Below, piece after piece: positions 1 to 11,200 of a stretch of DNA of 64,000 nucleotides. How positions within the stretch are numbered: the stretch's first letter is position 1; every line of letters begins with the position of its first letter. The DNA comes from a virus. Where the stretch lies: IMG/VR virus record IMGVR_UViG_3300045988_123953, one strand, 5' to 3'. The translations under genes and the position numbers were made by a program. The notes beneath the pieces are model-generated. The model saw nothing but the letters and a program-made list of their open reading frames with translations, was not told the origin of the DNA and did not search any database.

Positions 1-2199
1 GAAAAACTTGCCAAGGAGCGTCGTCAGCAATTCATCAAGTGGGAACGTGAAGGTGGTGGCGTGAATTTAGGTAACGGTCAGAAGATGGATACGTCTGATA
101 TGACCGGCGAATATATTTATCCTCTTCCCAAGTCTATGGAAGATGCTGCGAATGTAGAGATAGAGAAAGGCGAGTACGTGCTGACTCCTGACTCCGTAGG
201 GCCTATGGAAGCCAAAGGGAACAGACATGAAAATGGTGGCACTCCGGTTGATTTGCCAGAGGCTTATATTGTTTCCGATTATCGTAAGATAGATGATGAG
301 TTTGCCTCTTACGTTAGAGAAAATTATGGTATTAAGGCAACGTCAAAAGATACGTATGCTACACTCCTTGATCGATATAAGAAGAAGATTGGTTTGTCTG
401 ATAAGTACGAAGATCAGGAGCGTGTATATAAGAGATTAGAGAAAAATGAAGATGTAAAAGACAAAAACACATCTAATCTTAATGCTTCTATTCTTTCCAA
501 GTACGTCAATGAAAACCAGAAAGAGATAGACGAGCTTGAAGCACAATTTCGTTCTTTCGCTGAAATCGTTTATGGCAAACAGGAAGAATCTAAGCGTAAC
601 GAGAAGATGGATGCTTTTTTCAGGGATGGCGGGGTTGTTGATCTGAATCAGGTAAAGAAACAAGCTAAGGCTTTTAATATTGCAGAATCAGATGCTAAGA
701 ACTGGATATATGACGAGTATGTTAAGCAAACCAGGAAAATGGCTGAAGGTGGACCTACTCAGAAGGAGCTGGAGGAACTTAGAAAGAATGCTATCGGCTA
801 CAATAAGCTTATCAATCAGTTATTTGGACGAACTCTTAATATGACTGTATCTGATGTTAGTGGTCGTGAGCAGATTCTTAATCCTGATTCCAGTGTCAAT
901 GCCAACCAGAATCTCCAACATAGAAGCAATTTAGGATACGGCAGGGTAAATGATAAGGCGGTATCTAATTTGCTCGACATAAACCGATGGGCTAACAAGT
1001 ACAATACGGATGGTGATTTTGATACAGAAGGTTTCCAGAAAGGATACAACAGGCAATTAAATGCATTGTGGGCGTTAGCTGATGTAGGTGCTATCACGAA
1101 TGCTGATGCAGCCAAGAAATTCAGAGATGAGTACGGATTCTGGGGCCAGGATGCCGGAAGCTACGGAGGTAATCAGGCTTATAATTCATTTGCCGTAGAT
1201 GATAAGTTTGGTCAGACAACAGCCACCCGTTCTTATTATGGATTGGACGTTGTTTCGGCAGAGCAAAAAAGATTGTTAAACGAAAAAGGGATAAAGAATT
1301 ATGTTGACTTATTTGGTGATAAATCTGATGCCGCTAAGAAGATTCTGGGCTCCGATTATAATAAGTTTGTTGCTTTAAGAGATAGTGGGTTAATGCCGGA
1401 AATAGACTTCGTTCTTGAGTCTGTTAAACCAGAAATGAAGCCTATTGAGGCCGGTCCCATAGCACCAGACCTTACACCGCAAGCAAGTACGCCTGCGACT
1501 GCAACCGACACCGATACAGAGGAGGTGGTTGAAGACAACGGACCTAAAGGACAGGGCAGACCGGCGGCGTTCGGTCCTATCTTCCCGGAAATGCTAAGAA
1601 CCCTTGACACTGGCTTGGAGATAGAAGGCCTGGAAAGACATCAGGCTCCGAGAATAGACCCGGTTCTTCAATCTGCTGATCAGTATATCAACGAGCTCAA
1701 CCGTGCGACATCGGCTCAGTTAGACGCAGTAGGTGACGTGCCCGACTCCCAGCGGGCTGCTATTCTGGCTAATATGAACGCCATAGCTGGAAGCAATATA
1801 GCCAAGTATGTTAATGAAGTAAATTTCAATAACGCAAGGCAAATAAACGAAGCTGATAGGTTTAATGAAATGGCTTATGTTCAGACAGATGATAAGAACA
1901 TAGCAGAAAGGCAACGTTATGAATCTGGGTTGTTGAAAGCTATGGCTATAAGGGATGAAAATCTTGCTCGTTATTATGATAGTATAAACAGCGAGATACA
2001 GAATAAGTTTAATGTTCGTACATCGTTGAATACCATAGCTTCCATAGCCCCGAATATGAGAATGCTTCCAAGTGGTCAAATTATTTACGTTCAAGGCAAT
2101 CAGGATGTGATGAATATGGGTGATTATTCTACACCTTATTTGAAGAGCTTGGAGGATGATGAAGAAGATAAATATAAAAAGAGAAGGAGAAATAGCTGA
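1..2199 (+). CDS. Large hypothetical structural-module protein, 5'-partial (reading frame open to window edge)
   Basis: ORF track 61..2199 (712 aa) but the same frame has no stop from nt 1, so the true start is upstream of the window; stop TGA overlaps next start (TGATG at 2197-2201). Confidence 0.6.
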   Translation, partial: EKLAKERRQQFIKWEREGGGVNLGNGQKMDTSDMTGEYIYPLPKSMEDAANVEIEKGEYVLTPDSVGPMEAKGNRHENGGTPVDLPEAYIVSDYRKIDDEFASYVRENYGIKATSKDTYATLLDRYKKKIGLSDKYEDQERVYKRLEKNEDVKDKNTSNLNASILSKYVNENQKEIDELEAQFRSFAEIVYGKQEESKRNEKMDAFFRDGGVVDLNQVKKQAKAFNIAESDAKNWIYDEYVKQTRKMAEGGPTQKELEELRKNAIGYNKLINQLFGRTLNMTVSDVSGREQILNPDSSVNANQNLQHRSNLGYGRVNDKAVSNLLDINRWANKYNTDGDFDTEGFQKGYNRQLNALWALADVGAITNADAAKKFRDEYGFWGQDAGSYGGNQAYNSFAVDDKFGQTTATRSYYGLDVVSAEQKRLLNEKGIKNYVDLFGDKSDAAKKILGSDYNKFVALRDSGLMPEIDFVLESVKPEMKPIEAGPIAPDLTPQASTPATATDTDTEEVVEDNGPKGQGRPAAFGPIFPEMLRTLDTGLEIEGLERHQAPRIDPVLQSADQYINELNRATSAQLDAVGDVPDSQRAAILANMNAIAGSNIAKYVNEVNFNNARQINEADRFNEMAYVQTDDKNIAERQRYESGLLKAMAIRDENLARYYDSINSEIQNKFNVRTSLNTIASIAPNMRMLPSGQIIYVQGNQDVMNMGDYSTPYLKSLEDDEEDKYKKRRRNS

Positions 2200-5100
2200 T
2201 GGCTTCACAATATAGTATTTTAAGGCAATATGCCCCGTATGTTAGTCCTTACAACATAGATCTTGTTAAGGACGTCATGATGTACAAACAGCAGAAGGTT
2301 GATGCTGCTCGTGAAAAGATCTATACCCAGGTAGATTATCTTATGGGTCAAGAGATAGATAAGCCTGAAGCCCGCGCTTATATGGAAGATAAGATGTCAG
2401 GTGTGATTGCTAACATCAATCAAAAATTCAAAGGCGTGGATCTTTCTTCTGATGGTGTTACGAGAGCCATACAAGGAGAGATAAGTTCGGTGTTAGATGA
2501 TACGGTCATTAACGCGATTGCCGGCACAAAAGAAGGCAAGAGGGTTATGAAGGAAATAGAATCTATAAAACAGAATCATCCTGAACTTTATTCTCCTATT
2601 AATGAATGGCATGCTTTGGACCCTTATTACAAATGGAGGTCAGATGGTAAAGCAGGATCAAGGTTGGGAGGTCTTCATTATTCTCCTTATGTCGATTATA
2701 CTAAGGAGATAAATAAGCTGGTCAGTGATTTTAGGAAAAACAACGAAGGCAAGAAGATTCAGACAACAGAATATGATGTTAAAGGTAATCCTACTGGTGG
2801 AATCATAGAAGTCAACGTAGATGAGCTTACTGATTCCCAGATAAGGAATTTTGTGTCTGCTAACTTATCTGAAAACATGAGGAATCAGATGAGAATAGAA
2901 GCATCATACATGGCAGCTACCAATCCGGTGTTCAGTAATCCGGATTTGGTTAGTCAATACATTGGGTCTTATGTCGAAAGATACGATAGGCATATAGGAG
3001 CATTGGAAGCAAAAAAGAAATCAGTAGGGGATAATAAGGATATTATTGATCGTATTGACAGTCAGATACAGGAAGCTAAAAATCAGAAAGCAGAAGCCAA
3101 GAGGGAGGCAGATATGATAATAGCTTCATCAGATCCGGTAGCGGCTGCTAATTTTGTTGTTACCAATAATCTTTTCGATAAGATGACTGATGCATGGAGA
3201 TACGACAATACAAGTTTTGAAAGGAAGAAAGATGATCTTTATTTTGCAAGGTTGGCAGAGGATAGGGCTCAGCAAAAGTTTTTGACTGACAATGCCAAGT
3301 CTATGGTTGAAATATCATTGGCGAATGAGCAGCTTGCTCAGGCTAAGATTGAAACCGAATACATGCGTACTTACGGTTCCAAGATGGGCACTGAAAGCTC
3401 ATCCGGAGGCACAAGAGGAGCAGGCGGTGTAGGAGTGCCGATGGCTCCTATGGACGGGCCTACGGCTATCAATTCTGGAACGGGTAAGATAGGATCTGTT
3501 AATTTGGCTAATATCCCTTATGAACAACTCACATCTTCTTCCACAGAGCGTAGAGCAAATTTATTGAAATTATATAATTCATTATCTCCTACAGACAGAA
3601 GCAATATCGTTGCAGCATCATACGAAGAAGAAAAAACTGACCCAGGATTGTATGCTAATATGACTCCTGAAGAACGGATATATTCTTATTTAAAAAATAA
3701 TGGAGGTCAGAAAAACGGATATTTCGGACAAGGAAATAACAGATTGTCTGAAGCTTATGATGCTTTACTTCTTTCTGATTCTAAGGCAAATGGAGCTGCA
3801 AAGGCTATAAATAACATAACTGATTATCAAATAGATAATATAGTTACTAAAAAAAATAAGGATATTATCAGGAAAGTTCGTAATGCTAAGTTTATGAAAG
3901 GAAATTCTTTTATGAATCTTACCAATACAGATGATAAGGCTGGAGCCTTCCTGCTCGCCACAGCCATAACAACTGGTGTATCTGATGCCGTAGGGTTCAG
4001 AGAATACATGATGGATCCTTCAAGAGGAATAGATATTCTTAGTGCTATATCTCCGTCATTAGGAGCTAAGGTGAGTGCCGGCAAGTTGGGGAAAAACATA
4101 TCTGATGCTATTACAAGCGAGAATAATGGTTCTTCTACTGGTACATTGGCTCTTATTAATGGAATGAAGAAACTCAATGGCGATCCTGATTTTAATATAT
4201 CTGATTATATGACCATAGATAAGGATGGTGATATAGATTTAAAAGATTATCAGGAAGGTGAACCATTGACTATTACCCAGCTAAGATATGCTGAGAAAAA
4301 CAGTAGGGTGTCTGATATGATAGCAAGTCAGATGCAGGATGAGATAAAAATGTCTGTATCTCCCGATCAGATTTCTGATAAGTTATCCCAGTATCATTAC
4401 CTTGATTCTTACAAAAGATACAATTGGAATGCCGATTCGCCGGAAAAGTCTTTGCAGAAGGCTCAGTTTAGAAGATTGTCTGGTTACATGGCAGGAAAGG
4501 TAAATAATCTGGATCCTACTGCTATTAATGCCATTAATATGGATGCCGAGATAGATAATGGCACCGTTAGAAGATTCTTGACTGCTCAAGTAGGTTTCGG
4601 TAAAAATTCTTATGTTACAGAAAGGGTTGAGATTACGAATGACGAGCTTCTTAAGGCGGGTATAGATCCTTCGGTCGAGGAGCGCAATTATCCGGTAGAT
4701 GGCTACAAATCAAGTTTTGAAACCTGTGATTTTGTAGATACCGGAAAGAAGGAAGGTTATTCTTATGATAAGTATCTTATACGTAATGGCCTTCCTCGTT
4801 TGGCTTCTAAGGCTGATGTTAAGAATGATCTTTATGATATAGTAAAGGTTCATGGTTCTTACCTTAAGCCAGAAGAAATGAATGTTGTTAAAACCCTTGT
4901 TGATAATTTTATTGACATGTCTGATAATATATCAGTTCAGTTGGAGGGAATGGACGATAGGGGTTCAAGAGAGGTAGCGGTCAATTTCTATGACAAAAGG
5001 ACTAAAAATTCTAAAAATCCTGCATTGTTGTTCTCGGATTTTGTTCCTTTGGATCCAGGTAATGATGAGTATGCGGATTACTGGAATAGCATTCACCAGA

Positions 5101-5258
5101 AGTGTCCTCAGTACTTCTTTGTAAAATACGTGAAGGAGGCTGTTCAAGAACGTCTTGATCAGATGAGGGATCCGTATATGAGAGGAATAAATATCACGCC
5201 CAACATGAATGACAAGTTTAGTAAGTTGAACGATTTTTTGCAGAAAATTTATGGCTGA
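2199..5258 (+). CDS. Hypothetical large protein (1019 aa), structural module
   Basis: Long uninterrupted ORF; GAAGGAGA Shine-Dalgarno-like sequence ~10 nt upstream; start overlaps previous stop and its stop overlaps next start (ATGGCTGA at 5251-5258). Confidence 0.65.
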   Translation: MASQYSILRQYAPYVSPYNIDLVKDVMMYKQQKVDAAREKIYTQVDYLMGQEIDKPEARAYMEDKMSGVIANINQKFKGVDLSSDGVTRAIQGEISSVLDDTVINAIAGTKEGKRVMKEIESIKQNHPELYSPINEWHALDPYYKWRSDGKAGSRLGGLHYSPYVDYTKEINKLVSDFRKNNEGKKIQTTEYDVKGNPTGGIIEVNVDELTDSQIRNFVSANLSENMRNQMRIEASYMAATNPVFSNPDLVSQYIGSYVERYDRHIGALEAKKKSVGDNKDIIDRIDSQIQEAKNQKAEAKREADMIIASSDPVAAANFVVTNNLFDKMTDAWRYDNTSFERKKDDLYFARLAEDRAQQKFLTDNAKSMVEISLANEQLAQAKIETEYMRTYGSKMGTESSSGGTRGAGGVGVPMAPMDGPTAINSGTGKIGSVNLANIPYEQLTSSSTERRANLLKLYNSLSPTDRSNIVAASYEEEKTDPGLYANMTPEERIYSYLKNNGGQKNGYFGQGNNRLSEAYDALLLSDSKANGAAKAINNITDYQIDNIVTKKNKDIIRKVRNAKFMKGNSFMNLTNTDDKAGAFLLATAITTGVSDAVGFREYMMDPSRGIDILSAISPSLGAKVSAGKLGKNISDAITSENNGSSTGTLALINGMKKLNGDPDFNISDYMTIDKDGDIDLKDYQEGEPLTITQLRYAEKNSRVSDMIASQMQDEIKMSVSPDQISDKLSQYHYLDSYKRYNWNADSPEKSLQKAQFRRLSGYMAGKVNNLDPTAINAINMDAEIDNGTVRRFLTAQVGFGKNSYVTERVEITNDELLKAGIDPSVEERNYPVDGYKSSFETCDFVDTGKKEGYSYDKYLIRNGLPRLASKADVKNDLYDIVKVHGSYLKPEEMNVVKTLVDNFIDMSDNISVQLEGMDDRGSREVAVNFYDKRTKNSKNPALLFSDFVPLDPGNDEYADYWNSIHQKCPQYFFVKYVKEAVQERLDQMRDPYMRGINITPNMNDKFSKLNDFLQKIYG

Positions 5259-8200
5259 CAATAATATAGATAGATATAATCCTGCTGCTAAAACCACTTA
5301 CGAAGATGTGGCAAGGCAAAGAAAATTAGCCGAAGAAGAGAATTATACTCCGGCTACACTACCAGAGACGACAACGCCTCTGGTTCCTAATTATATGCCT
5401 GGTGAAGGTGTGTATGCCCAACCTAAATTTCCGGATTACGCATCAAGGATAGCTGCTGCCGAATACGAAGAACCGTATATAGCCAAGGAGATAAGCAACA
5501 GCTACTCGGAGGCACTGGCTCGTAACAGCTACAGGGGGGCTACACCTGCCCCGCCGCCTCTTAATCCCTATGGACCAAAGGTAAGTATCCGTGAAAGTCA
5601 TCAGATGGGTAATGATGGGGTATGGCGTACAAAATATCCCAACTATATTCCGGGTATAAACAATGAGGATTATTATGCCAGGAGACAGAGCGGATGGAGT
5701 AAGTTTTGGAATGGTGTAGGCAAATTCGCTTTAAAGTCTGCATTGTACGGTGCACAAGGAGTTGTGTCATTGCCTGACAAACTTATCAATATGGCATCTG
5801 AGGGAAGTTATAAAGCTGCGTTAAACACTAACATGGATAAGTTTGTAGGTGATCTTGACCAGCAAATAGACATGCTTCTTCCTCATTATTACAAGAAAGA
5901 GGTAGAAGATTATAATTTTGGTCAGAAGCTTTTTAAGGATACCGGTAATTTCTTATGGAATGATGTCCTTGGTAATGGTATGTCTTTTACCGTAGGAGCC
6001 ATGATATCAGCGTACATGACCGGAGGACTTGGAGTTGGATCATTGGGCAATATAGGTGCTAAATTAGGTGGAAGAATCGGAGCTAAGTTAGCAGCAAGGC
6101 AAGCTGCCAATAGGGGCATAGGAAGCCTTAAAGGTGTGTTTAACGACTATGTAAGAAAAGGAGTTGCTACCGGAAGAAATGTAGGGGAGGCGGCTAAGAC
6201 CATGACGTTGTTGGCTACCAGTGCCGGATTCGAGTCATCGGTTGAAGCAAATTCTTTTATGAAGCAATCCGAGTCTGATTTCAAGGATTATTATCGTAAG
6301 ATTTATGGTCGTGATCCCAATGCAGAGGAAATGGCTGTTTTTCGTAATTCTAATGCTGATGTAGGTAGTGCTATATTTGCCGCCAATATGGGTATAGTAG
6401 GATTATCTAACTGGCTTCTTTTTGGTAAGTATATAGGGTTAGGAGGAAAGGCTATACCTGGGTTGGAAAAGAGGCTCAACAAGCATTTATTTGGATTAGG
6501 GACGGAAGTTGCGAAGCCGGGAGAGATGGCTATTAAAATAACCAATCCTAATATAGGACAGAAGATAGCAGGCAATGTTTTCAATATCATGAAAAGACCT
6601 GTATCCGAAGGCTTATGGGAAGAAGGATCTCAAGGTGCTGTTCAGAATACGGCTGAGGAATATGTTAAGTCAAGATATGATAATGTAGCCATGAACGGAG
6701 CCGTTGATGTTCTTGATGCTATTTCTGAAGGATTTAAAAAGCAATATACGTCTAAAGAAGGATGGACTGAAATAGGAATCGGTGCTATTATCGGTTCTTT
6801 GTTTGGTATGAGGGAAGGCTTCTTTGGGGTGAAAGAGTATAGCAATAGTCAGATCTTGCTGGAAAGGCAAGTGAATGAATATAACAAAGCATCTTCTAAT
6901 CTTAACACGGCGGCTTTGAATACGTTGAAAAAATCAATGAGTTTAGGGCCTCAAGTTCGTTCCGATGCCCAGTCTATGACTGGCAAGGAGCTTGATGATG
7001 CTATGTTTGAAAAGATGTCTATTGACAACCAAATGGGAACCTTAGAGGATTCGGCTGAAAATTTTAGGCAGATGATTGATATGATGCCTATTTCGGAAAT
7101 AGCCGAAGCTAATGGAATGTCTTTGGAAGAGGCAAAGAAATACAAGGATTCTATTATTGATAATTATAACAATCGTCTTTCGGATTTCAGATCTGCCCAG
7201 AGTTTTGCCGAAGATCTTATAGGTGATGATTCTAAGATTGAGTTTAGGAAATACGTGGCTCGTAATGCCTTCCTTGGTCTTCAATCAGAATCAAGAATGA
7301 AAGACATAGCTTCTGTCATAGAAACGCTTTCGGGGCAGCCTCGCGTGGCGGATGCTCTAAGTACGTTCTCCCGGCTGTCGGACAGGGCAAGGGAGCGGGC
7401 GATGGCTATCCGTGGCATACGGTCAAGAATAGAAGAACTTGAATCCGAAATAGAAGATCTTGCTACCCGCCCTCGTAACGTAGAAGGGAAAGATCCACAA
7501 GCTGAATACATACAACGAAAAACCAAAGAATTGGAAAGTCTTAGAACCAATTACAACAATTCGTTGTCTGAGTTATCAACGTTAATAGGAAAAGAGTTTT
7601 CGATAGAAGAGTTGGTAAGTAAAACCGAATCTGTTTTATCATCTCCTCTTTCTCCCATAAGTTCACAAGATGTGATAGAAGCCTATGATACGCTTGTGGC
7701 TTTTGATGATTATTTTAATGTAAAATCAAGACAGGAAAAGAAGTTTACAGCCAAAGACAAAGCCATGAGATCCTTGGTAAATGAATACCGAAGGAGTTTG
7801 ATGGGCTATAGGAATATGAATAACTTCTTGTCCAAGATGCTTGATAAAAGATTCTTAGCTGAGGAAAACAGGGGATTTTCAAAAGCGCTGTCTTCTCTAT
7901 GGTCTACTCCTTATAAGGGGGATGATAAGGTTCCTGATTTTGCAGAGCCTAATAAAGTTGGTGAATATGATACTGATGAGGTAGTAGATCAAGCTGTGTC
8001 AGAAGGTAAGATTTCGGAAGACGAAGCTTGGACTATCAAGGCTTTTATGCATGCTCTTGATAAAGTAAGGGAAGATAGGATGAAGGAAGCAGAAGATGAT
8101 ATAAAAGAGTCACCGCTTACGGAGTCTGTATCGGATGAAGATTATGAGGCTGCTATGGATAATCCTATTATGGTTCCGGCCGTAAGGCAGTCTATAATTG

Positions 8201-11200
8201 ATAAACTATATACAGGCAATGCCGATCTTCTTACTGCGAGAGAAAAAGATGTGTATGATAAATACAAACAAGATTTTGATGATTATGTATCATCTTTGGG
8301 TGACAGTCCTGTTAATCTCATAAAATCATTATCTGAGAAGGCTGATAGGCTTACAAGTCCGAGATCTGTGTATGAGGATAATAAAGCTATTATTGATATG
8401 GCTAAATCCAATTTAGAACCAGATCAAAGGAAGGAACTTGATGATGCTATTTCTTCGTATGTTGACATAATGAACAGACGGGATAAAGGGGAGAGGGTTG
8501 ACGAAGATAAGCTTGCCGATTCGGTATTTACCATAGAAGATCTTGGCCAGGTTGGAAACATCACAGATCTCCTTCCTTATATCGAACAAAACAGGATTAT
8601 TGATAAAGGTCGTATTTCCGAATCTACGTTAAGTAATTTTGGGGAGGATGATGCTAATATAGATTCTCTTGTAAATGAGTTAGACGAATCCGATAATACG
8701 CCGGGAGCCAATATAGATAGCGCCCAGAATCCAGAGACGTTGATGGTTAGAAGAATATCCAACGATGGCAACGAAAGGTATGAAATTGCAGGTCTTAGAG
8801 CCGATAAATTTATATCTTCTATAAAATCATTGGTTCCTATTCAAATAAGCTCTGAAACGAACGCTAATGGCACTAAAAGGTATTCTCTTAACATAGGTGG
8901 AGAAACGGCTACCGTGATAGAACTGCCTTATCATGCGAGATGGTCTATAGACAAAGAATCGGCTCGTGTTCTTAACCGTTACACAGATGTGTCTATTCAG
9001 GACGTGGGTAATTCCTATTCTTTGGTTTATAAGCGTCTTGATTCAGATGAGTTGGTTCCGTACAGAACGGGTGTCGGATTCGGAGAGAATGAGGTAGATA
9101 AAATAGATCAGGAAGCATTATCTTCTTTGAAAAAAGGAGATAAGGTTAATCTCGAAATAGATGTAAATGATACCTATAATCAGTCTCTTTTTGCCGAATA
9201 CAATGATGCTGTTCAGTCCGGAGATAAAAAAAGAATAGAATCTGCTGAAAATAAACTGGTTTCCAATATGGTTATCAAGGTCATGAGTGGAAACAGATTC
9301 GTTTCTGTTGTAAAAGCTGACACAGGGGGCATAGATGGTATAAGTAAGATAAGAAGAACGGCTTTCGACAAGTGGAAGAAGGACGCCGGCCGGTCGGCTA
9401 CCATCGGCGTCGGCACGCATGTTGTTGCCCAGACCCTTCCCGGAAGACCGGTGTTTAACATGAAGGTGAACGGTCAAGGATATGGCCAGGTAGAAAATCT
9501 CCCTATTACCGAAAAAGGTGCTGAAAAAGTATCTGATGTCGGATATGTATTAAATGGCAAAGTCGTGCTTAAGAACGGATCTAAATACACAGGCTTCCCA
9601 TTTGCTTATTCTATATTAAATGACAAGGGGAATAATTACAAAAATGTAAGAGTTCCGGTAGTTGTCATCAAAGGTAAAAACGGTCTTAATTATCTTTTCC
9701 CGGTTAGCCTACGTTCTGTAGAATCAGAGGAAGGGCGGAAATGGATGTCTTTTATAGATATGCTGCTTGAATCCGGTGATTCTGAATTGCCACAGATGGG
9801 TCAAGATGATATACAAGATCTTAATGCGTATCTAACCAAGTTAGGTCTTGATCCGGCTTCGTATCAAGTATCGTATTTGAATCCTATTTCAGGTCTTAGA
9901 AAAGCTCGTGAGGCTATAGAAGAATTATCTACAGTTCCTGATGTTGTTAAGTGGGTAGAAGATGGAAGTAGGAGTGTGAAAGACATTGTGACGTCTGAAG
10001 TAGAATCTGGAATAGATTTCGAAGGTGAGATGTTTGTCGCTCCTAAGATCAGGATTCAGTTTGGTAAATCATCTTCCAGCCCTAAGTCGCTTATAGAGGA
10101 TGATCTTCCTTTCTCTGATGAGGGTAAGACCGTTACTTCTAAAGAATACGTGGATGTTTATGAAGAGGAAATGCCAGAGGAAGGGACTATCCTGGGGACT
10201 CAGCCGGCGCCATTAGCTCAGCCGACTCCTGCGGCACAAGCTGCGCAGTCTTTACCTGGCAAGAAGCGCACCTCCAGGAAAAACTTCTCTCTTATGTTAA
10301 ACGAAATAGAATCTCATATAGAAAAAGAAGGATTACCGCCTTATGCTAATATTTTTGATTTTATAGCAAGGAAGATTGTAGGAGGTGACTTGAGGTTTCT
10401 TCGTGAGAGAGGTAATCCTAAAAGTCTTAAGGAAGAAATGGGATTAGAACCTAAAGGAACAGTAGGTGATAAAATATCCACTCCTTCCAGTAAAGGTGGT
10501 AAGACCTTAGAAGAATACGTTTCTTGGCTTCGTTCTCAAACAGATCAGGTGGTGGTTGATTATGTTGGGCCAAGATCTGACGAACAAATTATATCAGAGT
10601 TGAAAAACTTTTTGAAATATATTAATTTTGTTCCAAGCAAGGCTTTGAATTATTCTCTTAGAGTCAATGGCATGGATACCCTAAAAGAATATGGCACAAA
10701 AGAGGAAGTAGAAAAAATGGAATCTGATATCAATAGTTTGGTTTCTAAAGTTTTGCCTACGGTGGATAACCAAACTATAGAAGATGTTTCTACTGCAATA
10801 AAATCAAACAACTTGCCTGCTATATGGGAGCCCGTGGAAAGCCTTAATATGACAAATGAGGAAAAAATAGAGTTTTTGAATAACATAGCGGATTTCCTTA
10901 GCGGCATACCAGAGTATGATGCTGTTGTGGAGTCTATAGAGTCAGAATCAGATAATATTTTAAATGATGGAAAAGAAGGAAGTGCAGAAGGCGGTGCAGT
11001 ACGCGCTGAGGAAGATGGCGATAAAAAGGGAGATGGAGAAGGCAAAGGACAATCCAGAACAAATGTCGAAGTTAAAGGAAATATCGAATTACCTGGATAT
11101 GAAGAAGGAAGAGTAGATAACTATAGGAAGAACGGAGATAAGTTCTCTGACATTGCTGAAGTCACTTTATGGCTACTTAGAAGGGCTGCCGGCATAACCT

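Noticed and set aside
436-2208. Minus-strand ORFs antisense to the giant + strand genes (e.g. 1720..2208, 3827..4177, 10650..11045)
   Set aside because: Embedded in long + strand ORFs; compositionally antisense artefacts.
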